This document shows positions 53,119 to 64,000 of a stretch of DNA of 64,000 bases, piece after piece. A model generated the notes under the pieces. That model saw nothing but the letters and a program-made list of their open reading frames with translations, did not search any database and was not told the origin of the DNA. A program made the translations under genes and the position numbers. This stretch comes from Octopus vulgaris (lineage: Eukaryota), in the NCBI GenBank assembly GCA_951406725.2, contig OX597825.1, positions 31,434,001 to 31,498,000 of the forward strand, given 5' to 3'. Position 1 is the stretch's first letter. Every line of letters starts with the position of its first letter.

Positions 53119-53122
<4 letters not shown>
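52897..53122. mobile_element. Foldback element in (TA)n with a perfect 20-bp-arm central palindrome
   Basis: ttgcaaccttttcaatagtc-aa-gactattgaaaaggttgcaa (52966-53007); attctgttgtgtct at 52953 is inverted at 53109-53122. Confidence 0.7.
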
Positions 53123-53173
<51 letters not shown>

Positions 53174-53797
53174 TTTCTTAGCCTTTTCTTACTCACTTTT
53201 CACTTCACTATGTCCCTGTCATTTTTTCTCGCCCCTCCTTAAATCTTTTGTTGCTCTTTTTCTCTCTCATCTCTTCTCACGTGACCGATAGGCCAGACTG
53301 CTAGCCCATATTTTGCGTCTGACTGTGGTCACTGCCACATCGGTATTCTTCCCTGTGTTTGTGAAAGTTTCATATCTCTGCCGTAAGGCTTCATTTCCAC
53401 ACACGCCAGCTGAATTCAATTCGACCCCAGTCGAAAGACACCTGTTGTTATGTCCTGTTATTATTATTATTTTTATTGTATTTTGTATTTATATTTGTGT
53501 AACATCGTCTGTTTTTCCGTCCTTGTTTTCGTATACATTCGATGCTTTCTTCCAAGGAATCTAATGCCCTTAGCTTAGTTTTTCCTTGGCACTGGCCAGA
53601 TTGGAGTAATTTCAAGATTAAACAGCCGAAATTGCGAGGATGATCCGGTCCTTCACTGAGGATAGAAAGCTACGAATGACTCGTCCTTGTGTTTTTTTTT
53701 TTTTTTGTATTGTCTATCTTGATGTTTTGTTGACCCTTTTTGTATCACCTAGTTGTCCGGATGTTTTGCATTCTTGTCCCATTTTGTATTTTATATT

Positions 53798-53837
<40 letters not shown>

Positions 53838-53973
53838 AACGGACAGTCACAAGTTTATGTTTGTGTGTATGTATGCCTGCACATGCATGTTTGTGCGCCC
53901 GCTCACACATAATTGCGTCTATGCAGTTCCTTCTCCCTTAAGCATTTGTATTCTTTATTATTATTATTGTTTA

Positions 53974-54065
<92 letters not shown>

Positions 54066-54083
54066 TTACTATTATTATTTGAT

Positions 54084-54270
54084 AAGGCGCCAGGCTGACA
54101 GAATCGTTAGCACGACAGGCAAAATGGAAAGCGGTATTTCGTCCGTCTTTACGTTCCGTGTTCAAATTCCGCCGAAGTCGAATTTGCCTTTCATGTTTTC
54201 GGAGTCGATAAAATGAAGAATCGACTTACCCCACCTCCCCGCAATTGCTGACCTTGTAACAAAATTTGAA
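54084..54270 (+). mobile_element. SINE family C, diverged
   Basis: ggcgccaggctgacagaatcgttagcacg…gttcaaattccgccga. Confidence 0.75.
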
Positions 54271-54353
<83 letters not shown>

Positions 54354-54360
54354 CATTATT

Positions 54361-54952
54361 GAGTGAGAGAGCAGTGCTTGCCATCAGAGTGACACTGAGG
54401 TACGAAGTCCAGTATACCCATTATGACTATCCATCTGATAAGAGTACAACAGACTCATTTTTCACAGTCATACGCGTATGACATGGTGCTCTCATATCAA
54501 GATAAACAGTGCATAACCTTGCAGATGTGGCCTAGTTAGAATTTTCTCCAGATCGAGTAGCCCATCCCGCTCAAGAGGTCCCTGTACAAGGATTGTTTAA
54601 GGATGCTTAACGAAACACCCATGTTTCCAGAGGTGGATTCTCCAAACAGCAAAGAATTCCTCTCAACATAAGACTATGAAGCTCCCTCACTACTTCTGCT
54701 CCTGATCAGAGATGCACATATCGTCAGCCACTAGGGGAGGTGCTCAACTGGTTAAGGTCAAACAACTGACAAGCAAATCTGTGGAATTGAGCAGAATATT
54801 TACGGTAGCCCATCTTTTATACCAAGACAAAACAATGTATATGATAACACTTCGAATCAGTTAAGATCAGAAGCCATGAGAGCCACTGCCTGGTACTATT
54901 ATTATTATTACCGTTAGAGCCACTGAGAGCCACTGCCTGGTACTATTATTAT

Positions 54953-54985
<33 letters not shown>

Positions 54986-55000
54986 TATTATTATTATTAC

Positions 55001-55037
<37 letters not shown>

Positions 55038-55548
55038 GAGTGAGAGAGCAGTGCTTGCCATCAGAGTGACACTGAGGTACGAAGTCCAGTATACCCATTA
55101 TGACTACTCGTCTGATAAGGGTACACCAGGCACGTACATCACAGCCATACGTGCATCACATGGTGATCTCATATCAAGATAAACAGTGCATGACCTTGCA
55201 GATGGGACCTAGTTAAAATTTTCTTCAGGTCGAATAGCCCATCTCGCTCAAAAGGTCCCTGAATAAGGATTGTTTAAGGATGTTGAACGAAGCACCCATG
55301 CTTCCAGAGGTAAATTCTCCAAACCCCAAAGAATTCCACCTCCTCTACTTCTGGTCGTGATCAGAAATGCACATATCATCAACCACTAAGAGTCATGCTC
55401 AACTGGTTATGGTCAATCAACTGACAAGCATATCTGTAGCATTGAGCAGATTATTTACTGTATCCCATCTTTTATACCAAGACGAAACAATGTACATGAT
55501 AACACTTCGAATCAGTTAAGATCAAAAACAAATGAGAGCCACTGCTAG
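54361..55548 (-). mobile_element. Two tandem family D copies (54361-54896, 55038-55548) separated by (TAA)n
   Basis: Both align with 34479-35017 and share a deletion absent from that copy. Confidence 0.9.
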
Positions 55549-55749
55549 TATTATTATTATTACTATTATTATTATTATTATTATTATTATTATCATCATC
55601 ATCATCATTTAATTGTTCTTCGTTTGCTTTAACTTCTGCTCCCAGTATTTTGGGAAATATCGACAAGGAATTTCAAACAGCTTCGAATGTCAGGTAATTC
55701 CTTCGAAACAGAATCGTAACAATGCGAATGGAAGTATTTACATGCACAC

Positions 55750-55783
<34 letters not shown>

Positions 55784-55784
55784 C

Positions 55785-55841
<57 letters not shown>

Positions 55842-55894
55842 TTTGTATATATATATATATATTATAAATATATGTTATAAGCAAAATTGTGTGG

Positions 55895-55929
<35 letters not shown>

Positions 55930-56220
55930 ATGTGTGTGTATGTGTGTCTGTGTGTGTGCTTGTGTGTGTGTGTAAAGTAAGAAAGGCTGAGACCTCGACC
56001 TCATATAATTTCGTTTATATGTGTGTGCATGTATACCTGCACGTACCATTAGACACGCGCGCGCGCTCACACATGGACACACACACACACATACACACAC
56101 ACACAGGTATACGTACCTATGCATTTATGAAGATGAAATAGGACGAACACATTAAGTACCTTACTCGCGTTACGTACCAACCTCCCACAACTTCTTGAAT
56201 TTCTATCATCATCATTGTCA

Positions 56221-56275
<55 letters not shown>

Positions 56276-56489
56276 AGAAGGAATATCAGAAAATTCTTTG
56301 AAAGAAAACCCTTTCAAACAAAAAACAAATTAATATTTTAAAGCTTCCCCCTTCCCACCTACCCACACCTATGTCCTATGACGTTCATTCTCGGGAAGCT
56401 GAACTAAATACGTTTGTGACGTATGCAGCCAAGGGTATTTCCCGATGTAAATTTAAGTCCGTTTAAGAGGAATTCCATATTAGATATTG

Positions 56490-57300
56490 TAGAAGAAGGA
56501 AGAAGAGAGAAGACAGCTGACTGAGAGGAAGAGAGGAAGAGAGAGAGAGAGAGCATGAGAGAGGGAGAGACATAGAGAGCATGAGAGAAAGAGTCAGACA
56601 GAAACAGAAAGACAGGGAACATGAGAGAAGGAATGAAAGAAAGCGAGAAGAAACCAGATAACAAGATCTATGAGAAAGAGTGGAAGCAGAGAAATGGTAA
56701 AAGGGAAGGGAGGGAGGGAGGAGAGGAGGATGGCGAGGGAAGGGGAAGAAAAGAGGTGGAGGCGGAGGAGAAGGAGGAAGGCGGTACAGCCAGAGCTACT
56801 GGAGATGGGCGGAGATAATGGTATTGACGATGAAGACAAGAATAAGGCAACGATGACGATGGCGATGACTGTGATGTTGATGATGATGATGACGATGAGA
56901 GAGGTGTGGTGGTATGGTGGTGATGGTGGTGATGGTGGTGATGATGATGATGATGATGATGATGATAGCAGCCGAGATCGTGTTGGTGGTGGTGGAGGTG
57001 TTGTGGTGGCTATGATGGTGGTGATGATAAGATGAGGATGATATTGTTATTGATGATGATGATGATTATGATGATAGCAGTGGAGGTCGTATTGGTGGTG
57101 GTGGTGGTGGTGGTGGTGGTGGTGGTGGTGGTGGTGGTGGTGGTGGAGGTGGTGGTGGTGGAAGTGGTGGTGGTGGAGGTGGTGGTGATAAATGATGATG
57201 ATGATGGTGGTGATGGTGATGGTGGTGGTGACTGATGATTGATGATGATGATGATGATGATGGTGATGATGATATGGTGCAGATGGTCGCGTTGTTGTTG
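56490..57300. repeat. Purine-rich and (GGT/GAT)n low-complexity tract
   Basis: Composition. Confidence 0.8.
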
Positions 57301-57470
57301 TTGTTTCACCATAGGTGAACTGATTGAGCAGCTTATGATCAAAGACACTCCACTCATGACGCCTATTTGTTTTTCACTTCGTTTTATATATTTTTATTTT
57401 TGTTTTGTTTTTTATTTTATTTGAAACTGACCGAATCTAGGATTATGTCACCCAATATCTCATGCCTCTT

Positions 57471-57900
57471 GGCGGCGAGCTGGCAGAAACGGTAGCACGC
57501 CGGGCGAAATGCTTTGCGGTATTTCGTCTGCCGTTACGTTCTGAGTTCAAAATCCGCCGAGGTCATCTTTGCCTTTCATCCTTTCGAGATTGATAAACTA
57601 AGTACCAATTACGCACCGGGGTCGATGTAATCGACTTAATCCCTTTATCTGTCCTTGTTTGTCCCCTCTATGTTTAGCTCCTTGTGGGCAATACAGAAAA
57701 AAGAATCATTAGCACGCCGGGCGAAATGCTTTGCGGTATTCTGTCCGCCTTCATGTTCTGAGTTCAAATTCCGCCCATGTCGACTTTTCCTTTCATCCTT
57801 TCGGGGTCGATAAATTAAGTACCAGTTGCATAATAGAGCCGATCTAATCGACTGGTTCCTTCCCCAAAAATTTTGGGCCTTGTGCTTAGAGTAGAAAAGA
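57471..57900 (+). mobile_element. Dimeric SINE family C
   Basis: Two consecutive units, each with agcacgccgggcgaaatgc…gagttcaaa. Confidence 0.9.
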
Positions 57901-58248
57901 ACATCTCCTTCCTTTTTGTTTTTCTTGAAACATTAAGGGAGATTTAGCTGCTCTTTTCAGCTGGTTCAAAGAAGACCACAAAAATCAATTCTTTGTGTTA
58001 TGGTGATGACAATGCTGGTGTTGATGATACGTTTTAGGTCTTGTTTTATGTCTGTCTGTTTGTCTTCCACCTCAACACACACAGCAGTATGTGTGTGTAT
58101 GTATTTGTGTGCCTGTGTTTGTCTTCCCACCATCGCTTGACAACCGATGTTGGTGTGTTTACGTCACCGTAACGTAGCGGTTCGGCAAAAGAAATTGATA
58201 TAGTAATTGTGTCGATTTGTCCGTCAAATGACGGAAACAAATAAAAGA

Positions 58249-58294
<46 letters not shown>

Positions 58295-58898
58295 ATGCAT
58301 AATAACATTTCGCCTCTTTGAAAGGCTGTACCTAAATGGCTTGCTTGGACAACTGCTCTTCCATAGAAATGTAACGCGATCGACATTTTCCCTCGTATCA
58401 ATTTTTGTTGCTGTTGTTTTTAGCATTTTCGCTCCCTCTTTCGTTCATTGAGGATTTTGTAGTTATTTCCCTAAGCTTGGATTGCAAAACTGAATCGTGC
58501 CGTGATGTAACAGTCATAAGTCTAAGAGAGTTTACATTTCATGTTGCTATTTCAAACGTGCGTGTTAATATTATCAATATGCATATATTTTTTCATGCAG
58601 AACTTCTCTTCCAGGTCCTTGTTGATGTCTACTAGTTCGGTAATTCTTGGTTCACATGGAAGTTTATTATGAAGTGAGTTCCTGGGAAGTTCACTGCTGA
58701 CTCGCAGGGTGTAGGACGTTGCTCTCTTTTCCTTTGAACATGAGGCTGACGCAAACTTTTTTGCTACTGTTGGTTAGCACATGTTTGAATAATACCATAT
58801 GCATGAATAGACGGATGGATGAATAGATGGATGGATTGATGGATGGAGGATGTATGGTTTGATGGATGGATGGATGGCAGTGTATTTACAATCATATA

Positions 58899-59312
58899 TA
58901 CTCTTTTACTCTTTTACTTGTTTCAGTCATTTGACTGCGGCCATGCTGGAGCACCGCTTTTAGTCGAGCAAATCGCCCCCAGCACTTATTCTTTGTAAGC
59001 CTAGCACTTATTCTATCGGTCTCTTTTGCCGAACCGCTATGTTACGGGGACGTAAACACACCAGCATCGGTTGTCAAGCGATGTTGGTGGGGGGGGGGCA
59101 AAAGCAGACACACAAACACACACACAAATATATATATATATACATATATACGACGGGCTTATTTCAGTTTCCGTTTACCAAATCCACTCACAAGGCTTTG
59201 ATCAGCCCGAGGCTATAGTAGAAGACACTTGCCCATGGTGCCACGCAGTGGGACTGGACCCCAAAGTATGTGGTTGGTAAACAAGATACTTACCACACAG
59301 CCACCCCTGCAC
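58899..59312 (-). mobile_element. SINE family A, full length
   Basis: Reverse complement of the 10175 copy, with (aaagagt)n tail. Confidence 0.9.
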
Positions 59313-60113
59313 CTATATAATGCACATGTTTGTTATACATGCATGTCACTGCATGTATGATCGGTATACATTGTAACTTATGTATGTGCTTCTATGTCTA
59401 TACATGTTTTACATACATACCACAGGTTAAACTTTTCCACCGCCATTACAGATGACGCTGTAATGAAAGCCAGAAAAGGCAGAGAGAGGAAACAGCATGT
59501 CTGTATTCTAAGTACCAGCGTCTGTTAGTAAATGACTTCTAGACAATTATTCCGGTTCTTCTGCTTCGGATATGGTCTAAGTTGTCATTATGTGTAGCAT
59601 CTGCACCAACCCATGTGTGGGGAAAGTGCTTAATTACAATTCCTACATGTCATTTGTAGAAATTTAGTGGTCATTATGGACTGGAGAATGTTCTGGCTCT
59701 AAAAGGGAAGTCAAGGCTCTGAGATAGAGTCTTTGTTATGTTGAGGATGTATGTTTGTCGTAGGAGATCTTCGGTGATAATGAGATTTGCTATTTGCAAC
59801 GATGTTGAGTCTTCTAGTTGGATGCTATTGGTATTTAAGATTGTTTTCTTGACATGAATAATGGTTATTTCTATCAGACATTGAAGCAGGTAAGATTGAT
59901 ACGAACCTATTGGTAAAGGTTTCCGAGGTCCCTTTTCACAGAATCAGTGCTGATTTTATATGAGTTGTCTAAACAATATATTGATAACGATCAGTCTCAG
60001 AAGGACAGGAAGCAATGATAACCGGTATCATCTATGTAGGCGTGAACATTGCTGGACGCGAAAATGTATAAAGCGTCGATGTATAGGAACGTGTACCAGT
60101 TGTTACATCTAGG

Positions 60114-60265
60114 CAGGGCCAGCCCTTGAGTTGCTGGTGCCCCTGGCAAGCTCAACTTCGGCGTGTACAAGCTGACACTCGTGGAAATTTCCTTGTCTTT
60201 GTCACGCGCTCCTTGGCGCCCCCAAGCATGGTGCCCCGAGTTACCGGTATCTTCAGCTGGCCCTG
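60114..60265. mobile_element. 152-bp hAT-like MITE
   Basis: Perfect 10-bp TIRs cagggccagc / gctggccctg; flanks catctagg / cattctaag resemble a decayed TSD. Confidence 0.65.
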
Positions 60266-61004
60266 CATTCTAAGTGCTTTATCTTGTTACCGCTACGTTT
60301 TATCATTTGTGCATCAGGTACGTTGTTATTGCCTGTACTTAGATTGTTGAAGTAATCCAATAAGAGGTATCATTGCAGTTATTGATCCAATTTTGATGAC
60401 TTTTTACCTTCACGCTAAAAATGTCTGGCAACACAGACATGAGTGATGCTCCTCAGAAGCAGAAATCCTTTCCTCTCCTGTTTTGTTACGATAAAGGTGA
60501 AACGCCTCTCAAGGCATATCCAGAATCATGAATCAAGGAATACTTTCCAGGGAGCTCTATTCCAACTCTTATCATTCTATTGATTCATATATGCAGGGAT
60601 GTGTATGTATATTTCTGCATTCGTCCACACGCCGATATTTTTTTAATATTTATTTTGCTTACATCTCCGCAACATAGCGGTTGCTTTAAATATATGTTCG
60701 CTTGTACAAGAAAACCTTAATGTCATTTGGAGTTCTTCGGAAAAAAATTGTAATGATTAGTTAGAGCAACGGAAATATCAAATTTTAAACTGTCAGTGAA
60801 TTTCTATATTAATTCAAAATATTGCATATTAGTGAAAATTTGAAAAATATCAAATAAAAAGAACAAAATGTTACTTTCGTTATTTATTGATATCCGGGAG
60901 GTAATTGTTACATTTTAATAGAAGTGTGTTAAGCATTAGATTTGATAAGCCTAAAATTACCGGGTAGGTGCAGTTATCATGCATACAAACATACATATGC
61001 ACAC

Positions 61005-61061
<57 letters not shown>

Positions 61062-61094
61062 TGTGTATGTATGTGTGTATATGTGTGATATATG

Positions 61095-61180
<86 letters not shown>

Positions 61181-61424
61181 TGTATATGTATGTATATGTA
61201 TATATATACATACATATATATAGGTGTGTGTGTACATATATATATGTGTGTGCATATATATGGTATATCCGGATACGTGAACGGGTTGCTGTGACATTAG
61301 ACCCTCTCAAAGGTGCGGTTAAGTGGTATGATTATTTAATTCTTATTATTCTTCAAGTATGCGCAGATGAACAATAACGAGGAATTGAAACCACTTCCTA
61401 TGTTACCATATTTTTCAGATACGC

Positions 61425-61968
61425 AGACATGGGTTTGAGGTAAGAAGTTTGCTTCCCAACCACATGGTTCTAGGTTCAATTCCACTGTGTGTCTTCAACT
61501 ATAGCCCGGGTCAACCAAGGCCTTATTAGTGGTTTCGTTAGGGGATAACTGAAAGAAGCCCGTCGTATATATATATATATATGTATATATATGTGGAGGC
61601 GCAATGGCCCAGTGGTTAGGGCAGCGGACTCTCGGTCGTAGGATCGCGGTTTCGATTCCGAGACCGAGCGTTGTGAGTGTTTATTGAGCGAAAACACCTA
61701 AAGCTCCACGAGGCTCCGGCAGGGGGGGGGGGCGACCCCTGCTGTACTCTTTCACCACAACTTTCTCTCACTCTTACTTCCTGTTTCTGTTGTACTTGTA
61801 TTTCAAAGGGCCGGCCTTGTCACTCTCTGTGTCACGCTGAATATCCCCGAACTACATTAAAGGTGCACATGTCTGTGGAGTGCTCAGCCACTTACACGTT
61901 AATTTCACGAGCAGGCTGTTCCGTTGATCGGATCAACCGGAACCCTCGTCGTCGTAACCGACAGAGTG
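61425..61968 (+). mobile_element. SINE A 5' half (61425-61567) with a full SINE B (61592-61968) in its internal TA tract
   Basis: …gaaagaagcccgtcg(ta)n followed directly by gtggaggcgcaatggcccagtggttagg. Confidence 0.85.
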
Positions 61969-61990
61969 AAAAGATAGAAAAGAAAAAAAA

Positions 61991-62033
<43 letters not shown>

Positions 62034-62088
62034 TGAATACACATCGTATATATATGTGTTTATATATACATAAATATATATATACATG

Positions 62089-62141
<53 letters not shown>

Positions 62142-62144
<3 letters not shown>

Positions 62145-62645
62145 AGAAAAAAGCAACAAGAATGGATTAGTTGTTCAGTACAATTGTTTCATACGAAGAA
62201 CAGCTTTATTAAAAGCTGCAAATATTGCAGCAAATATAAGTGTCCCGTATTCATCAGCCAAAACACATATGAGTTTTCCAAACATCCTAGGGGGTGAGGC
62301 TACACTCATGAAGTATCGAAGAGAGTTCTATAAAAAGCAAAGTTAGATTGTAAGCAGACTTCAAAAGTTCTCTAATGATGCACAGTTTTATAAAAAAAGT
62401 TTTAAAAAGTCTTTTAAAAAAGTTTGTTAGCTTCACAGAAAAGGTAAATCCATCCGTAATAATGCAGGTGTAATTTCCGGAGATATGAGGAGATATTTCA
62501 TACTCAGAGACGATGAATTTATCCATAATAATGTAGATGTAATTTCCTGATATATGAGAAGATGCTGATCACACTTCTGTTCATTTCACAAAACTACTAT
62601 GTTGAAAGAAGAGATTGACTATATTGGCTAAAAGGAGTCAGTGAA
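62142..62645 (-). mobile_element. ~500-bp PLE-type 3' fragment between (TA)n tracts
   Basis: Unique segment bounded by TA repeats, with a hammerhead ~35 nt from its minus-strand 3' end. Confidence 0.55.
62174..62262 (-). ncRNA. Type-I hammerhead ribozyme with canonical core and enlarged helix II
   Basis: UUUGG-CUGAUGA-AUACG…CGUAU-GAAAC-AAUU-GUA-CUGAA; predicted cleavage after GUA (between 62179 and 62178). Confidence 0.8.
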
Positions 62646-63386
62646 TATATATATATATATATATACATGTATAAATATATATATATATATATATAATAAA
62701 TAAAAAGACCACAATGAACAATTTCATTTAGAATGGTTGATTCTCTCAATTTCGATACCATATGACAAAGGCAAGGAATTCTGTCTTCTCTGCAATTCTG
62801 AGCTATTTTTCATTATTTTCTCTAAACATACTCTAGTAAACACGGTTATAGAGCGAGCATACAGATGTAAGCATTGGCAAAAACATACATTTAGTGCATA
62901 TAAGTAGTCTCTATCATTATATATAATTTAAACTTTAATTTCCTTTATATTTAACATTCACTATTGGTATCCCTACTCTTTCTGTTAGCTAATTATGACG
63001 TTATATCATATAACGTTTTTTTAAACAATATTAATAGCATTCTGTCTATCGCTATACAAATCCATCATTTTTTGCTAAAATGTCTTATTGACGAGTTTCG
63101 TTTTTTTCACTTTCCTGAGGAGAAGATTGCATTGTTTATACCATTTATTCTTTTGAATAGTATCAGTGGAATTTTCGAAACATGTGTCGAAAGTAATAAT
63201 ATTTGATTACACCTGCGTTAAACTCCATTTATTTATTCATATATTATTCAAAATATTCAACGTAAACACGAAGTTTCTACCTTTATAAACAAGGAGTTAC
63301 AACATCTTTACTTGTGAGATTTTTGCTACCCTGGTAACTATTTTTTTTTCCGTGTTATTTGTTAACAAGGTAAAAATACACTCATC

Positions 63387-63456
<70 letters not shown>

Positions 63457-64000
63457 TGAGTGTATAAGATTATGGAGAGGATACACATCAGTGGGTAGAC
63501 ATTCCAGTGGGTCTATTTATTCCAAAGCATCAGCATGTATTAGAAGAAAACATACACATGTAGTAACTATGTGTTACACACACATGTATTAATATTACAG
63601 AAAAGAGCCAAAGACCAGTTCCTTATGGCCGTTTCTAACAAGAAACAGCGAAATCCTCCATTCCACCTCCATCTTCTCAGTGTTCTGTACGGATGGGCAG
63701 TTAAAGTTTGGATGATGAGTGTGCCTCTAGGCTTTTTCAGAGGGTTTAAGTGGTTAGGAGGGATAATACATATAATAAACCGTTAACAATTGGTACAGTG
63801 TATTTGTCATTATTAGAAAGGGCAGAAAAATGAATATGAGCAAACATGAGGCTGTGAGAGAAGTACAACTTATTAAAATGAATTAGGTGCAGGAAGTGGA
63901 AATAAGCCATACCATCCGCAACGTTGCACCTACTAGCTGGCACTTTACATATGAACTTTCACCTCCGTGACACGGACCATACTTTCAAATCCACCACTGT

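Noticed and set aside
56340-56470. Cluster of TGACGT half-sites and a TTC-N4-GAA motif
   Set aside because: Short motifs expected by chance; no independent support.
59560-59990. Possible decayed Penelope-like coding sequence (also 63540-64000)
   Set aside because: Only vague motif echoes; not assignable by eye.
60350-60890. Second, very old mariner remnant (…LLFCYDKGET…)
   Set aside because: Similarity too weak to support without a search; no clear TIRs.
61592-61665. tRNA genes at SINE heads (also 23270-23343, 46128-46200, 10175-10240)
   Set aside because: A/B boxes are present but there is no complete cloverleaf, and each continues into a shared SINE body.

Overview
AT-rich, microsatellite-saturated eukaryotic DNA. 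The repeat families and the density of (TA)n, (TAA)n, (CA)n and (GATA)n tracts most resemble a coleoid cephalopod (Octopus-like) intron or intergenic region; this is an inference. I cannot support any intact host protein-coding gene. Almost all ORFs in the supplied track are translated microsatellites. The window holds decayed and young transposons: a TIR-bounded mariner, three non-autonomous Helitrons, hAT and other MITEs, CR1-, RTE- and R4/Dong-clade LINE fragments, Penelope-like (PLE) fragments, and three abundant tRNA-headed SINE families (A, B, C). The strongest signal is an apparent partition of microsatellite niches. (1) (TA)n tracts carry short PLE-type modules with type-I hammerhead ribozyme motifs. 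One has a fully canonical core at 62174-62262; minimal palindromic-helix-III versions lie at 31998-32032, 32847-32881 and 21981-22016. (2) (TAA)n tracts carry R4/Dong LINE pieces plus an unnamed ~540-bp non-coding, structured element ('family D'), nearly always oriented with the TAA strand. One D copy is flanked by a >100-bp duplicated compound microsatellite, and a D head is fused to a truncated Dong RT. Several long DNA palindromes and a few weak exon or promoter candidates are also present. All calls are by eye; no searches or folding programs were run.
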